64,000 nt of DNA from Candidatus Berkelbacteria bacterium (GCA_037127955.1 JBAXXI010000003.1:7771-71770), one strand, 5' to 3'. Positions 39,134 to 51,000 are shown, numbered from the stretch's first letter. The notes: generated from the sequence alone by a model not told the origin. Translations and numbers: made by a program.

Positions 39134-41131
39134 CTACTTTAAGAACTTAACAATCAAGAGAGCAACAATGTTAAGAATCTTAATCATTGGATTGATAGCT
39201 GGTCCAGCAGTATCCTTGTAAGGATCACCGACAGTATCACCAGTTACGGCAGCCGCATGAGCAAATGAGCCCTTACCGCCATGATTACCTTCTTCAATAT
39301 ATTTTTTAGCATTATCCCAGGCACCACCACCTGAAGTCATAGAAATAGCTACGAATAAACCGGTAATAATTGAACCAACCAATAAACCACCTAAAGCCAC
39401 TGCGCCAAGACCAAAACCAACCGCTAAAACCGCTACAATCGGAAGCAATGCTGGCACCACCATTTGTTTAATGGCAGCTTGAGTCACGATATCAACAGTT
39501 CTAGAATAATCAGGTTTAGCTTTGCCTTCCATAATTCCCTTGATTTCACGGAATTGGCGACGAACTTCTTCTACCACCGCGCCAGCTGTTTTACCAACAG
39601 CTTCCATACTCATCGCGGCAAAAAGATATGGTAACAAACCACCAATAAACAAACCGACTAAAACTTTTGGATTTGATAAATCAAAGAAAATTGCGCCATG
39701 AGTATTAGTATAATCTTGAACATACGCGGCAAAAAGTACCATTGCGGCTAAACCGGCCGAAGCAATCGCGTAACCTTTAGTCACAGCTTTAGTAGTGTTA
39801 CCAACAGCATCAAGTGGATCAGTTACAGCTCTAACAGAAGCTGGAAGTTCAGCCATTTCAGCAATACCACCAGCGTTATCGGTAATTGGACCATAAGAAT
39901 CGATAGCCACAATAATACCGGTCATACTAAGCATGGCAAAAGCCGCCACGGCAATTCCAAATAAACCTGATAATTGATAGGAAAACAAAGTTGCGGCAGA
40001 AATCATAATAATTGGCCAAGCTGTAGCTTTCATACTGACAGCCAAACCTTGAATTACGTTTGTACCATGACCTGTAGTTGAAGCCTGAGCAATCGAACGC
40101 ACTGGAGCGTAATGTGTTGAAGTGTAGTATTCAGTAATTACCACCATAGCCATTGTTAAACCGATACCAATTAAACTTGAATAAAAAATATTCATCACGT
40201 TAATACCGTCGATTCCACTAAGCATCCAACGGGTCACAAAATAAAAACCAACTGCAGCGATCACAGCAGCTGCAATCAAACCTTTATAAAGAGCGTGCAT
40301 AATCTTGTCGCCAGTTAATTTAACAAAGAATGTACCCAAGATTGAGGCTAAAATTGAAACACCACCAAGTACCAATGGCAATAAAACTACCATTTCGCTC
40401 TTGAAGAGTAATGAACCTAAAAGCATGGCAGCGACAGCGGTCACCGAATAAGTTTCAAACAAATCTGCGGCCATACCAGCACAGTCGCCCACGTTATCGC
40501 CGACATTGTCAGCAATAACAGCCGGGTTTCTCGGATCATCTTCAGGAATACCAGCTTCAACTTTACCAACTAAATCAGCACCCACATCAGCCGCTTTAGT
40601 GTAAATTCCACCACCCAAGCGAGCAAAAATCGAAATCAATGAACCGCCAAAACCCAAACCAACTAAGGCTTGAACATTATGGGTCAATAAATAAAGACCG
40701 GCTACACCCAAAAGACCTAATCCCACCACAAGCAAACCAGTCACGGCGCCGCCGCGAAAGGCCATGCTTAAAGCGGGCGCAAGCCCTTTTCGGGCGACCT
40801 CAGCAGTTCGCACATTGGCTCGAACAGAAACGTTCATACCAATAAAACCAGCTGCCGCTGACAAAATTGCTCCAATTAAAAATCCTAAAGAAGTCTGCCA
40901 TCCAAGCAAGAAATATAAACCAACCGCCAAAATGACCGCGATTACGGCTACGGTTTTATACTGACGAGACAAATAAGCCGAAGCGCCTTCTTGAATCGCA
41001 TTAGCAATTTGTTGCATTTTTGGGTTTCCGGCCGGACTTTTCATAATTCTCCAAACGAGAAAAAGTCCATAAAGCACTGCTAGCATACCTGAACCCAGGG
41101 AAATCACGTAGGTGAGATTGGTGGTTGTCAT
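39134..41131 (-). CDS. hppA: membrane-bound proton/sodium-translocating pyrophosphatase
   Basis: Hallmark motifs [26 protein letters not shown] and [14 protein letters not shown]. About 16 TM helices. Confidence 0.95.
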   Translation of the reverse strand: MTTTNLTYVISLGSGMLAVLYGLFLVWRIMKSPAGNPKMQQIANAIQEGASAYLSRQYKTVAVIAVILAVGLYFLLGWQTSLGFLIGAILSAAAGFIGMNVSVRANVRTAEVARKGLAPALSMAFRGGAVTGLLVVGLGLLGVAGLYLLTHNVQALVGLGFGGSLISIFARLGGGIYTKAADVGADLVGKVEAGIPEDDPRNPAVIADNVGDNVGDCAGMAADLFETYSVTAVAAMLLGSLLFKSEMVVLLPLVLGGVSILASILGTFFVKLTGDKIMHALYKGLIAAAVIAAVGFYFVTRWMLSGIDGINVMNIFYSSLIGIGLTMAMVVITEYYTSTHYAPVRSIAQASTTGHGTNVIQGLAVSMKATAWPIIMISAATLFSYQLSGLFGIAVAAFAMLSMTGIIVAIDSYGPITDNAGGIAEMAELPASVRAVTDPLDAVGNTTKAVTKGYAIASAGLAAMVLFAAYVQDYTNTHGAIFFDLSNPKVLVGLFIGGLLPYLFAAMSMEAVGKTAGAVVEEVRRQFREIKGIMEGKAKPDYSRTVDIVTQAAIKQMVVPALLPIVAVLAVGFGLGAVALGGLLVGSIITGLFVAISMTSGGGAWDNAKKYIEEGNHGGKGSFAHAAAVTGDTVGDPYKDTAGPAINPMIKILNIVALLIVKFLK

Positions 41132-41154
41132 TTGACCTCCATGTATTTGATATT

Positions 41155-42285
41155 TTATTTTACTATTTCACGATATATTGATAAGGTTTCTTGAGCCGTT
41201 TTTTCCCAAGAAAACTTTTCTACTACTTTTCGACCCTCTTCAATTAATTTCTTTTTTAAAATTGGGTCAATAATAATTGATTTAATCTTATCCTTCATAT
41301 CCATCGAATCTGAAGGATTAAAGTAAATCGCCCCTTGATCATAAATTTCTGGCAAACTGGTTCTATCTGACGAAACAACTGGAATTCCAGCCGCCATTGC
41401 CTCCAAACCAGGTAAGCCAAAACCCTCATAGAAAGACGGAAATACAAAAACAGTTGCTAGCTTATACCAAGCAGCCAACTCTTCCTCTGAGACAAAACCT
41501 GTCTTAATAATATCACTCATATTAGGCGATTTGTCAATGGCCTCCGAGACTTCAGGAAAGGCTGGATCAACTTTTCCAACAATTACTAACTTAACCAGCA
41601 TATCTTTTCGCAATAGTTCAAAAGCCTCAATCAAACCTGTTAAATTTTTATGAGGACGCCACTGACCAACATAAAGTATGATTGATTGTTCACCAATCTT
41701 GTAAGTCTGTCTCATTTTTTCTAAAAGATCATCTGAAACCTTTACGAATGTTTTATCGTCCGCCGCTTCATACACAACCTTAACCTTATTCGTTGGAGTT
41801 TTAAAAACATCCAAAATATCTCTTTTAGTACTTTCGGAAACTGCCACAATCTTTTTGGCATTTCGACAAGCCTGACCAAAAATATATTTATAGCCTAATT
41901 TATAAATAAAATTCTTTTTCTGACGACCTTCATAAAAAAATAAGGTTAAATCATGGATTGTCACCACAAATTTACCCTTAAATCCAACCGGCACATTAAA
42001 ATTTAAGAAGTGCCATAAATCGCATTTTTGTGCTTTCAAAATTTTCGGTAAATAGATTTGCTCAGCTAAACTATAATGAGGAATATCAGTCACCACCACT
42101 TTTGCGTTCGGAAATTGTAGATTTGAATTTTTGAACTCTTTGGCATCTTCTGGAGTCATTAACAAAATATATTGATTTTCATGATCAATTTTGGCTAGAT
42201 TCTCAATTAAATTTTGACTGTAACGACCAATCCCTGCCACGCTTGTGCGATACAGCCTAGCATCAATTCCTATACGCATTTTCAC
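41155..42285 (-). CDS. GT4-family glycosyltransferase
   Basis: E-x7-E region [23 protein letters not shown]. Confidence 0.85.
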   Translation of the reverse strand: MKMRIGIDARLYRTSVAGIGRYSQNLIENLAKIDHENQYILLMTPEDAKEFKNSNLQFPNAKVVVTDIPHYSLAEQIYLPKILKAQKCDLWHFLNFNVPVGFKGKFVVTIHDLTLFFYEGRQKKNFIYKLGYKYIFGQACRNAKKIVAVSESTKRDILDVFKTPTNKVKVVYEAADDKTFVKVSDDLLEKMRQTYKIGEQSIILYVGQWRPHKNLTGLIEAFELLRKDMLVKLVIVGKVDPAFPEVSEAIDKSPNMSDIIKTGFVSEEELAAWYKLATVFVFPSFYEGFGLPGLEAMAAGIPVVSSDRTSLPEIYDQGAIYFNPSDSMDMKDKIKSIIIDPILKKKLIEEGRKVVEKFSWEKTAQETLSIYREIVK

Positions 42286-42311
42286 CCATATTTTAGATTA
42301 CAATTTAACGA

Positions 42312-43337
42312 CTACTTATTGTATTTCTTGATAATAGCCTGATAAGTTGTGAAAGCCTTTTTCAACTCACCAAAAGTATAAGTCCCGTCAGTCGCTTTTT
42401 TAGCATAAATCAAACCATAATACTCAGGTTTTTTGAGCGCCGTTTGTGTTGGTGCTTGATCGGTTAATTCTAGAATATAAAAACCTTTGATAATATCCTT
42501 GTTTAACCAAGCAAAATCCGCCATTTTCGAAATAAAATCAGATTGAACCTTTTCATCCATCCCCTTGGTTGAGTCCGGACGAGCGTTAACTTCAGTTAAA
42601 ATAATTGGTTTTTTAAATTCTTTCAAACGATCAAAAACCAGTTGACCACCATCTAAAGTTTTATCGCCAAGAAAACCCATATCGGAAAACCAGTTCCAAC
42701 CTAAAACATCAAATTTCACCCCGTCCCTGGTAATCATGTCGAAAAAGGCAAAATGCGTCCACTGATCATTGATCACAACCTGATTCTTCTTATCAACAGA
42801 CTTAACGCCATCTGAAGCACCCTTTAACCATTCTTTAATAATTTGATATTTAGCCTGGTCGTAGTCGCTTTCCTTGGTACCAGTATATTGGCCGCCTTTA
42901 AGCGCGGTCGAACCAGATTCACTCATTAATTGATAATAGACAACTTGTCCCTGTAATTTACCGGCTAACTTTTTACCAAGCGCATAACCTTCGTCATAAG
43001 GTTTTTTAACTTTCAAAATATCGGCTGGGGCAAAAGTAAACAAAACATCCATACCTTTAGCTTTCGCCGCTTGGACCATTTGAACCGAACGCTTATAACC
43101 AGCATGGGCATCATAATCAACTTTAATATAATTAACACCTAGTTTTTTATCGTAATCAAGTTCTTTATTCCAGTATTCTAAGGTATAATCTTGCAACGAA
43201 GCTTCGCGTGTCATCACCCCCCACATAAACGATCTTTTCTTAACGCTCTTACTGGCAATCAAAATTCCCCCAACGATACCCAAAATAACTACTAAACCAA
43301 TGGTAAGATAAAGCCAATTTTGTTTTAGAAACTTCAT
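42312..43337 (-). CDS. secreted TIM-barrel glycoside hydrolase-like protein (GH5/GH113-like)
   Basis: N-terminal TM/signal region. IILTEVN resembles the nucleophile-Glu motif of clan GH-A. Confidence 0.5.
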   Translation of the reverse strand: MKFLKQNWLYLTIGLVVILGIVGGILIASKSVKKRSFMWGVMTREASLQDYTLEYWNKELDYDKKLGVNYIKVDYDAHAGYKRSVQMVQAAKAKGMDVLFTFAPADILKVKKPYDEGYALGKKLAGKLQGQVVYYQLMSESGSTALKGGQYTGTKESDYDQAKYQIIKEWLKGASDGVKSVDKKNQVVINDQWTHFAFFDMITRDGVKFDVLGWNWFSDMGFLGDKTLDGGQLVFDRLKEFKKPIILTEVNARPDSTKGMDEKVQSDFISKMADFAWLNKDIIKGFYILELTDQAPTQTALKKPEYYGLIYAKKATDGTYTFGELKKAFTTYQAIIKKYNK

Positions 43338-43396
43338 GCCTCTCCTATTTTTTATTCTTCAGAATACTACGATTCCGCGATCGATTAAACGATCTT

Positions 43397-44626
43397 TTAA
43401 GATTGAGATGACTCAATTTTTTTTGTTTTACTTGTTATTAATAATAACATAGATCCAACTAAGAACCAAAATATTAGACTCAAATCATTTTTAAAATAAG
43501 GAGTGTCAATTAAACCTTGTAAAAGTAAGATAATCGTGGCTGTCATTATCTCAATTGCATGAGAATTTTTAAATTCCTGGCAGCCTTTTTGGAATACAAC
43601 AATCAAAACCCAAATAAAACTTGCAAAACCCAACAAACCGGTTGAAAGCCAAAACATTAAAAAAACATTGTGACTCGATAGAGCCCAGGGAGTAATATAC
43701 TCCGGAAAATTAACTCGATCCTTCGTTAACTTATTAAATTCATTTTGATAATTAGCTAAACCTAGGCCAAGAATTGGATGTTTTCGACCAAGTTCAAGAG
43801 AAGTTTGCCAGATTTGCCAACGAATGTTGTTGGAAGATGTCACTCGACTACCAGCTGCCGGGGATAATGCAAAATTTGGCTTAAAAACCGACCAAGAAAC
43901 AAAAGCTACGACTAAAATTAAAATACCTAAACCAATTTTTAGAAATAATTTTTCTCTGATAACTGACCAAAAATGCATGATTAAATAAAAACCCAGCCCA
44001 CCCAAAAGAGCCAAAAGCACCCCTCTCGAAGCTGAAAGATAGATAGCAATAAACCCCGCAATCACCGCCAACCAACCAATAATTAATTTTATGGTTTTGT
44101 GTCTTGATTCGACTCGCTTAGTCATTAATTCAAGGTTATGAGCCACAATTAAACCAATAATTGGACCCAAAAATAAAGCCGGATAATTTGGACTATAACC
44201 AAAGATTCCGACAATTCGACCATCAACAGTTAATTGACCTGTGATTTTTTGATAAATACTATAAAAAGAAACAATTAAACTCGAACCCATTAAACCGTTT
44301 AAAATTAGCAAAAAATCATCTTCCTTTAAGAAGGTTAAAATCAGAACAAAAACCAAAATCGGATCAAGAAAAAAGGCTTTAAATTGCCCCAAGGCCGCCA
44401 TTTTCTCTGGAGAAATCAAACTCGAAATTAAGGCAGCCAAGAGCATTAAAACTGCTGGTAACCAGTACTGCCAAGCAATTTTTCGAGCTTTCTTAAGGTT
44501 AAATAACCCAAAAATTACGCAAATATAAATTAATACTTCTAATAAGGTCGTCGGAATACCTAAAATATTAAACCTGATTAAATATGTTGGTAGTAATAAG
44601 GCAACAATCGCCATTAAATAATTCAT
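43397..44626 (-). CDS. O-antigen ligase/polymerase (Wzy_C)-like polytopic membrane protein
   Basis: About 10 TM helices plus a periplasmic loop. 409 aa. The start overlaps the upstream paralog by 4 nt. Confidence 0.55.
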   Translation of the reverse strand: MNYLMAIVALLLPTYLIRFNILGIPTTLLEVLIYICVIFGLFNLKKARKIAWQYWLPAVLMLLAALISSLISPEKMAALGQFKAFFLDPILVFVLILTFLKEDDFLLILNGLMGSSLIVSFYSIYQKITGQLTVDGRIVGIFGYSPNYPALFLGPIIGLIVAHNLELMTKRVESRHKTIKLIIGWLAVIAGFIAIYLSASRGVLLALLGGLGFYLIMHFWSVIREKLFLKIGLGILILVVAFVSWSVFKPNFALSPAAGSRVTSSNNIRWQIWQTSLELGRKHPILGLGLANYQNEFNKLTKDRVNFPEYITPWALSSHNVFLMFWLSTGLLGFASFIWVLIVVFQKGCQEFKNSHAIEIMTATIILLLQGLIDTPYFKNDLSLIFWFLVGSMLLLITSKTKKIESSQS

Positions 44627-46065
44627 AAACCTTCAACCTTTTTACTGTTTAATATTAAATTTTGCACTCCAACCATCAAACCCATTAAAACCCAAATATG
44701 TATAATGTATAAGGTAGAAAACGACATATACTGGATACAAACTCCAACAAATGACGCTAATAAACCAATCATGGTTAAACGCAAAAATTCATCTTTAGCT
44801 TTTTTAATCGCCACTAATGACCGAATAATCAAAGTCAAAATGATTAACATAAAGGCGGAGAAGCCAATAAAGCCAGTTTCAGCCAAAATCTCCAAATATT
44901 CATTATTGACAATATCCCAACCATGAGTTGGCGTTGACACGGGGTAACCCTTAGTAAATGGACCATAATTACCTAAACCGATCCCTAAAGCCGGATTGTG
45001 CTGATAAGCCTGATAAGCCAAATCAAAAGCATTTAGGCGACCCTGAACAGATTCGCCAACTGTATAATCTTTAAGAAAAACATGATTAATAAATTCGTTT
45101 GTCGCCCTAGTGTCACCTTTGGACAGCGCAAAAGCCACTCCATAACCGACAACAGCAACCGAGACGACCGCGATCAATACGTGTTTCCAGGTAAAAATCT
45201 TTTTAAACATTAAAACCGATAAGACTAGAAATGCGCCCACAAAGCCCAAATAAGCCCCGCGAGAAACAGTTAAAACAAAATTCACCAATAAAAGTACGGT
45301 TAATCCTAAAATAAGCCATTTACTCACGAATTCCTTGGTTTTACCAAAATAATAGGCCAAACCTAAACTGATCGGAATTAAAAGATAATCCGCAAAATAC
45401 AACGGCTCCATGGAAAACGCTTGAATACGCGGAAAACCAAAAACTCTTGAGTCATAACCCTGTTTTAAAAGAGTAATTGAATTGGGTAAACCCACCACAT
45501 CGCCAGCAAATTGAAATAAACCAAACAGACCGACAAACAAACTTGAAGCAAATAAAACACCAATCACTTTAACTAAATCTTCCTTCGTCTGAACCATATT
45601 GGTAGCCAAAACCGAAAGCGCGATGGTAAACAAAACAAAGGCCGTCACCACATAACCACGCTCTAAATTGATAGCCTGAGTCAAACTTAATAAAATAGCC
45701 ATGCAAAATAACCCGAGTGGTACAGTTAAAGCACTGGCAGTCAATTTCCATTTTTTCCCGTTGAACATTAAAGCCAAAACCCAAGCCAAAAGCACAATAA
45801 ACCCTAAAATGGTATTGATTTTAATATTCACTCCGCCTAAATCATAGGTTGGAACCCGTTCAAACGGCAAGAAAAACACAATCGCCGAAAACCCCCATAA
45901 CGGATCACGGAAAATTTTAAAAATCGCTAAAACCACAAAAAATAGCACTGGGATAATGACTAAACCTAAAACACCAGTTTTAGCAATAACTAAACCAGCG
46001 GCCGCGGCCGCCAATAAGGTTAAAATCCCGATCACCCATTTTTCATTTAACGTTAATTTATTCAT
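44623..46065 (-). CDS. O-antigen ligase/polymerase (Wzy_C)-like polytopic membrane protein, paralog
   Basis: 480 aa, about 12 TM helices. A Wzy_C-like loop (TVSRGAYLGFVGAF). Confidence 0.55.
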   Translation of the reverse strand: MNKLTLNEKWVIGILTLLAAAAAGLVIAKTGVLGLVIIPVLFFVVLAIFKIFRDPLWGFSAIVFFLPFERVPTYDLGGVNIKINTILGFIVLLAWVLALMFNGKKWKLTASALTVPLGLFCMAILLSLTQAINLERGYVVTAFVLFTIALSVLATNMVQTKEDLVKVIGVLFASSLFVGLFGLFQFAGDVVGLPNSITLLKQGYDSRVFGFPRIQAFSMEPLYFADYLLIPISLGLAYYFGKTKEFVSKWLILGLTVLLLVNFVLTVSRGAYLGFVGAFLVLSVLMFKKIFTWKHVLIAVVSVAVVGYGVAFALSKGDTRATNEFINHVFLKDYTVGESVQGRLNAFDLAYQAYQHNPALGIGLGNYGPFTKGYPVSTPTHGWDIVNNEYLEILAETGFIGFSAFMLIILTLIIRSLVAIKKAKDEFLRLTMIGLLASFVGVCIQYMSFSTLYIIHIWVLMGLMVGVQNLILNSKKVEGL

Positions 46066-46074
46066 TTAAATTGA

Positions 46075-47136
46075 TTATACCAGTTTTAATAATATTTCTT
46101 CCACTTTTTCAATAGTTTTTTGTGCATCAAAATTCTTTAAAATATATTCTCGGCCTTTCTGACCCATATTTTGACGCATTTTTTCATCGGTTAAGAGTTG
46201 ACGCATTGCTTGCGCGATCGCTTTTGAATCTTTTTCCGGCACCAAAATTCCCACTTCAGGGTTAACGTATTCAGGAATCCCGCCAGACAAGGTAGTGATA
46301 ACCGGCACGCCACAACTTAGAGCCTGAAGATTAGTCATACCAATTTGTTCTTCCCAACGCTTCATGGTGATTGAAGCAGTAATAGTAAAGAGAGAACTAT
46401 TGATTAAGGTTGGTAAATCACTGTTTTTACTAAAACCTCGGCTCATTCTTGAACCATTAATCATGTAATCTAAATCGCCTTTACCAGAAAAATAAATTGA
46501 AACTTCAGGAAAATCTTTTTCGATCGATTTCCAAGCCTCAACCACATAAGGTAAACCTTTGGCTTCATCTAATCTACCCATAAAAAGAATTTTTTGTTCA
46601 TTTTTGATTTCTGACATTGGTCGAAAAATATCGGTTTCAATCCCCCAGATCCCATAAAGTATTTTGACCAATTTTTTTGGCTTAGTCCCCACTTCTAATA
46701 AATTTCGCTTTGCTCCTTCATTGAGATAAAAAATCAAACTGGCTGACTCGGCATATTTTTTTAAAATTTGTTTTAAAAATAAACCCGCTACTACCCCAAA
46801 ACGGTCGTTAACTGGTCTATTTTCCAACATGGGAAAAATTAAAGGTATATTCAGTTTTTTCGACACTTTTTTAGCCACCAAACACAATTTTAAGGCTTTT
46901 CTGGATGCATATGGTTCAGCACCCTGAATAATATCTGGCTTGAGGGTCAACAATTTTTGCTCTAAATCAGCCATATTTTCATATTTAACGGCGCCGACCA
47001 ATTCTTCTTCTTTTAGATCGCCATAAGGTGCATTTTCATAAAAATGAACTGGTTTAATTTGACTAAAATATTTCAGGGCGTCCTGATTATCAAACCTGAT
47101 ACTTTCAGTTAATATGGCTAAAACTGGTTTATTCAC
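46075..47136 (-). CDS. GT4-family glycosyltransferase
   Basis: GT-B C-terminal domain (GVPVITTLSGGIPEYV). Confidence 0.8.
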   Translation of the reverse strand: MNKPVLAILTESIRFDNQDALKYFSQIKPVHFYENAPYGDLKEEELVGAVKYENMADLEQKLLTLKPDIIQGAEPYASRKALKLCLVAKKVSKKLNIPLIFPMLENRPVNDRFGVVAGLFLKQILKKYAESASLIFYLNEGAKRNLLEVGTKPKKLVKILYGIWGIETDIFRPMSEIKNEQKILFMGRLDEAKGLPYVVEAWKSIEKDFPEVSIYFSGKGDLDYMINGSRMSRGFSKNSDLPTLINSSLFTITASITMKRWEEQIGMTNLQALSCGVPVITTLSGGIPEYVNPEVGILVPEKDSKAIAQAMRQLLTDEKMRQNMGQKGREYILKNFDAQKTIEKVEEILLKLV

Positions 47137-48241
47137 CTTTGACCTCTTTTAAAATATCTAATATCTTTTGAGCTGATACTTCCCAGGAGTACTTTTTGGC
47201 ATGCTCCAAAGCTTTTTGACCAAGGCTTTGCGCCAATTCTTTGTCCTCCAAGAGGCGCTGCAAGCCCCTAGCAATCGAGTTTATATCAAGTGGGTCAATT
47301 TGCACACCCCCATCTCCGACTGCTTCAGGTAGACTGGAAATATTACTGGTTAAAACTGGTACGCCATACTGCTGAGCCTCAATCACAGGTAGACCAAACC
47401 CTTCGTAAAGCGATGGATAGGCAAAAATTGCGGCCTGTCGGTAAAGTTCACCTAAATCCGCGTCAGAAACATAACCCAACCAGTTAACACCTTTAGTTTC
47501 CTTGATTTCCTCGAGTTCGAAAGCCGTATTCCAACCCTTAGCACCGACAATAACTAAAGGATATTTTTCTCTTAAATCCTCGCTCAATAACCGGTAAGCC
47601 TGAACCAAGCCTTTGAGGTTTTTTCTTGGTTCAAGTGTGCCCACAAACAAAATATAAGATTTTGATTTTAGATTTGAGGGCAATTTCCCTTTTTCGGGAA
47701 ATTGAGTTAGGCCTGGACCAACAATTTCGATTCTTTCAGGATTAATTTTAAGAAACTTTATGATATCATTTTTTGTTGATTCAGAAATCGCGATAATTTT
47801 TTTTGCCTTAGTACAAACTTTTTTTACTCTTTTATTGTGTCGAGCCGAAACCTCCTGACCACGTTGTTCAGGAAAAAGAAAAGTCGCCATATCATGAATT
47901 ATCACCACTTGAGGAGTTTTATAAGCTAAATGAACCTCAAAAAAACTTGGTGCCAACAAAATATCAGATTTATTATAAATATTCTCATAAAGAGCGTATG
48001 GCCAACCCCAAGCTAATTCCTTAAAATCACCCGGTAATTTCAACCTTTTAATCTTAACATTTGGCGCGATAAAATCTTTTAAATGTTCATTTTTTTCTTT
48101 ACTTTCACGAAAATGAGTTGAAAGCAAAACAAAATCATCGGTTTTACCGACTCTAATCAAATTTTGAGTAATTTCCCTGGTAAACCGACCAATACCGGCA
48201 TTTTCAATAATAGCTCTGGTGATATCGATACCAATTTTCAT
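47129..48241 (-). CDS. GT4-family glycosyltransferase
   Basis: YPSLYEGFGLPVIEAQQYGVPVLTS. Confidence 0.85.
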   Translation of the reverse strand: MKIGIDITRAIIENAGIGRFTREITQNLIRVGKTDDFVLLSTHFRESKEKNEHLKDFIAPNVKIKRLKLPGDFKELAWGWPYALYENIYNKSDILLAPSFFEVHLAYKTPQVVIIHDMATFLFPEQRGQEVSARHNKRVKKVCTKAKKIIAISESTKNDIIKFLKINPERIEIVGPGLTQFPEKGKLPSNLKSKSYILFVGTLEPRKNLKGLVQAYRLLSEDLREKYPLVIVGAKGWNTAFELEEIKETKGVNWLGYVSDADLGELYRQAAIFAYPSLYEGFGLPVIEAQQYGVPVLTSNISSLPEAVGDGGVQIDPLDINSIARGLQRLLEDKELAQSLGQKALEHAKKYSWEVSAQKILDILKEVKGE

Positions 48242-49317
48242 CTTTTTTTACCCACTTCTTCGTAAACCTTTACAGTTTCGCGAGCAGTTTTGGCCCAAGA
48301 AAACTTTTTGGCTTGCTCAAGCCCGGATAAACTCAGTTTTTCATGTAAATCTTTATCTGTTAAGACTTTAATAATATTTTCGGCCCAAACCTTTTCTTTG
48401 TCGATTGGCAAAAGAATACCAGCATCGCCAACCACTTCCGGAATTGACGAATTATCTGCCGCAATCACCGGAGTGCCACAACTTAAAGCTTCGAGTGGCG
48501 GAAAACCAAAACCCTCGTACAAACTTGGAAAACAAAAAAGATCAGCCGCGTTGTAAAGCCCCGGTAAATCTTCATCTGGCACATATCCTGGCAAAATGAC
48601 TTTATCCTCTAATTTGAGCTCTTTGATTAAATCAAACAAACTCTCGTAGTACCAACCTTTTTTCCCTGTTAAAACTAAATTATGCTCGATTTTGCCGGTT
48701 TTTAAAGCCTCGTGATAAGCCTTGACCAAAAACGGTAAATTTTTACGTGGCTCCAAGGTGCCCACGTCTAAAATAAATTTATCGCTGGTTTTATATTTAG
48801 CTTTTATTTCAGCAAGTTTTTGTGCATCATTAATCGGTTTAAATTCATCACCAACCGCCGAGTGAATGACTACGATTTTCTCTTCCGGAATCTTCAAAAG
48901 CGACATAATATCTCTTTTAGTATTTTCGCTAATGGCAATGATTTTGGCCGCTCGATTGTAGGTTAAAGGCATCCATTTAGAAAAATACAATCTTGAGCCA
49001 GACGGCATATTTTGCGGAAAATAGTGCGAAATTAAGTCGTGAATAGTTAAAATGATTTTTCCAGAATAAAAAAGCGGTGCTGAAAAACACGGTTGATGCA
49101 AAATATCAACATTAAGTTTTGAGGCTTTTGACGGGAAAGAACACTGATCCCAAACAAACCTTTGAGGTGTAGTAAAGTCTTTTTGGTCTTCTGGTGAGAT
49201 CAAAAAATATTCGTTAATCGAATCGACTTTTTTTAAATTTTCAACTAAATTCTTTACGTAGAAACCAAACCCAGACTTTTGTCCTAACGTTGTTTGCACG
49301 TCTATACCGATTTTCAT
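48238..49317 (-). CDS. GT4-family glycosyltransferase
   Basis: FPSLYEGFGFPPLEALSCGTPVIAA. Confidence 0.85.
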   Translation of the reverse strand: MKIGIDVQTTLGQKSGFGFYVKNLVENLKKVDSINEYFLISPEDQKDFTTPQRFVWDQCSFPSKASKLNVDILHQPCFSAPLFYSGKIILTIHDLISHYFPQNMPSGSRLYFSKWMPLTYNRAAKIIAISENTKRDIMSLLKIPEEKIVVIHSAVGDEFKPINDAQKLAEIKAKYKTSDKFILDVGTLEPRKNLPFLVKAYHEALKTGKIEHNLVLTGKKGWYYESLFDLIKELKLEDKVILPGYVPDEDLPGLYNAADLFCFPSLYEGFGFPPLEALSCGTPVIAADNSSIPEVVGDAGILLPIDKEKVWAENIIKVLTDKDLHEKLSLSGLEQAKKFSWAKTARETVKVYEEVGKKR

Positions 49318-49319
49318 AT

Positions 49320-50780
49320 CTATTCTCCTCGTTTAAACAAAACTAAAAACATATCTTTATTAATCGCGCGGCTAAACCATAAAATCAGTACATATATCAT
49401 ACAAGCTAAGGCGCACATCAAAACCCAATTGACCCCAGAACCAATAAAAATCAAGAATAAACCCATAACTAAACCAGCCAGCAAAGCTTTCCATAAAATC
49501 TGAAAATTCAACCTAGTCGACATATTGGCGTAAGCAATGCGCCAAGTAAAAATTAGAACAATCGCTTCAGTTAAAACCGTGACCAAAGCCGCGCCGATAT
49601 AGGAAAAATGCGGGATCAATAACCAGTTTAAACCTAAATTAAAAATGACAAAAATCAGGTTTGGCCAAATCAATTTAGCCTGTTTACCCAAAGCAATCAC
49701 TAAATAGTTGAAAATGATCGATAAAAAAGAAAAACAAACCGCAATAATTAAAATTTGTAAAGCCAAGACCGAGGTTGAAGCCAGACCGAAAACCGGTGGC
49801 ACAGTTTGAGCCACCACAAAGTCCTGACCAGCCACGATCCGAATAATCGGTTCAGCCGCATAAATAATTAAAATTGCGACCGGCAGTGCCAACATTAAAA
49901 GAAAATCAAAAGATTTCTGTAAAGTTGTCCTGAGTCGATCATCACCCGTATGAATATATCGGCTCATAATCGGAAAAATATTACCCATAAACATGCTTGG
50001 TAAAAGCAAAATCATTTCCAAAACCTTATAAGGTGGACCATAAATACCCACATCAGTCGAGGTTTTAAGGAGTGATAGCATCAAAGTATCGATACGAAAA
50101 TAGATCAAATTTAAAACCAAAACCACGGCCATTGGCCAGGCCTGAACAATCACCTGCTTCCAGTAAGCCCAATCAAAAGCTGGCCTAAATTTAACATAAG
50201 CCCGTCCCAACCAGGCACTTAATAACAAATTGACGATATTGCCAATCGCATAAGCCCAAAGAATCATAGTTAAACCATAGCCTTGTTTAATTAGGAAAAG
50301 TGTAAAAATCAAGATAATGATTCGACCCACTACATCAGTAATTGTGGCTTTATCCATTCGTAGTTTATTCTGAAAAACCCCGACATAGGTCGAATTGAGC
50401 GCCAAAAATAGCATGCTAAAAGCCGCGATACCAATACCGCTTTGGATCGAGGAATACTGTGGAATGAAAAAACTAATCAGGTAGCCTAGACCAAAAATCA
50501 CCACCCCGACCACGGTTCTTAAGGTTAGAATATTGGAAACAGCCTTATTAACATCAACATCTGGTTTAGCAATTTCACGTACCAAAATCCAAAAAAAGCC
50601 AAAATCCGCCAAAACCCCAAAAAAAGCTAAATAGGCAAAAATAGTAGTATATTCACCATAGCCGGCTACCCCCAAATAACGGGTTAAAGCCGCAACTAAA
50701 AACAGGGATATGACCGTGGTCGTTCCCTTGCCAATAATCTGAACAACTGTATTAAATGCTACTTTACGTGTTAATGACAT
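49320..50780 (-). CDS. Wzx-type polysaccharide flippase (MOP superfamily)
   Basis: About 14 TM helices. The ORF-track start at 50840 is a TTG codon. ATG at 50780 (MSLTRK) is preferred. Confidence 0.7.
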   Translation of the reverse strand: MSLTRKVAFNTVVQIIGKGTTTVISLFLVAALTRYLGVAGYGEYTTIFAYLAFFGVLADFGFFWILVREIAKPDVDVNKAVSNILTLRTVVGVVIFGLGYLISFFIPQYSSIQSGIGIAAFSMLFLALNSTYVGVFQNKLRMDKATITDVVGRIIILIFTLFLIKQGYGLTMILWAYAIGNIVNLLLSAWLGRAYVKFRPAFDWAYWKQVIVQAWPMAVVLVLNLIYFRIDTLMLSLLKTSTDVGIYGPPYKVLEMILLLPSMFMGNIFPIMSRYIHTGDDRLRTTLQKSFDFLLMLALPVAILIIYAAEPIIRIVAGQDFVVAQTVPPVFGLASTSVLALQILIIAVCFSFLSIIFNYLVIALGKQAKLIWPNLIFVIFNLGLNWLLIPHFSYIGAALVTVLTEAIVLIFTWRIAYANMSTRLNFQILWKALLAGLVMGLFLIFIGSGVNWVLMCALACMIYVLILWFSRAINKDMFLVLFKRGE

Positions 50781-51000
50781 TAGTTTAATTATATCAGTTT
50801 CAGTTAAATAAAAAAGACCAATATTATTATATAACAGCAATCTATTGGCTTATGACTTGAATTTATCATAAAAATCAGATATGATATTGATATCTTTGTA
50901 ATATCTGCAAGAATATCGCCCGCAAGCCTTTTGGCTTCGCCAAAGCTACGGTCGAATTGTAATATTTTATTCTTGCGACCAAAGGTCACACGAATAAAAT

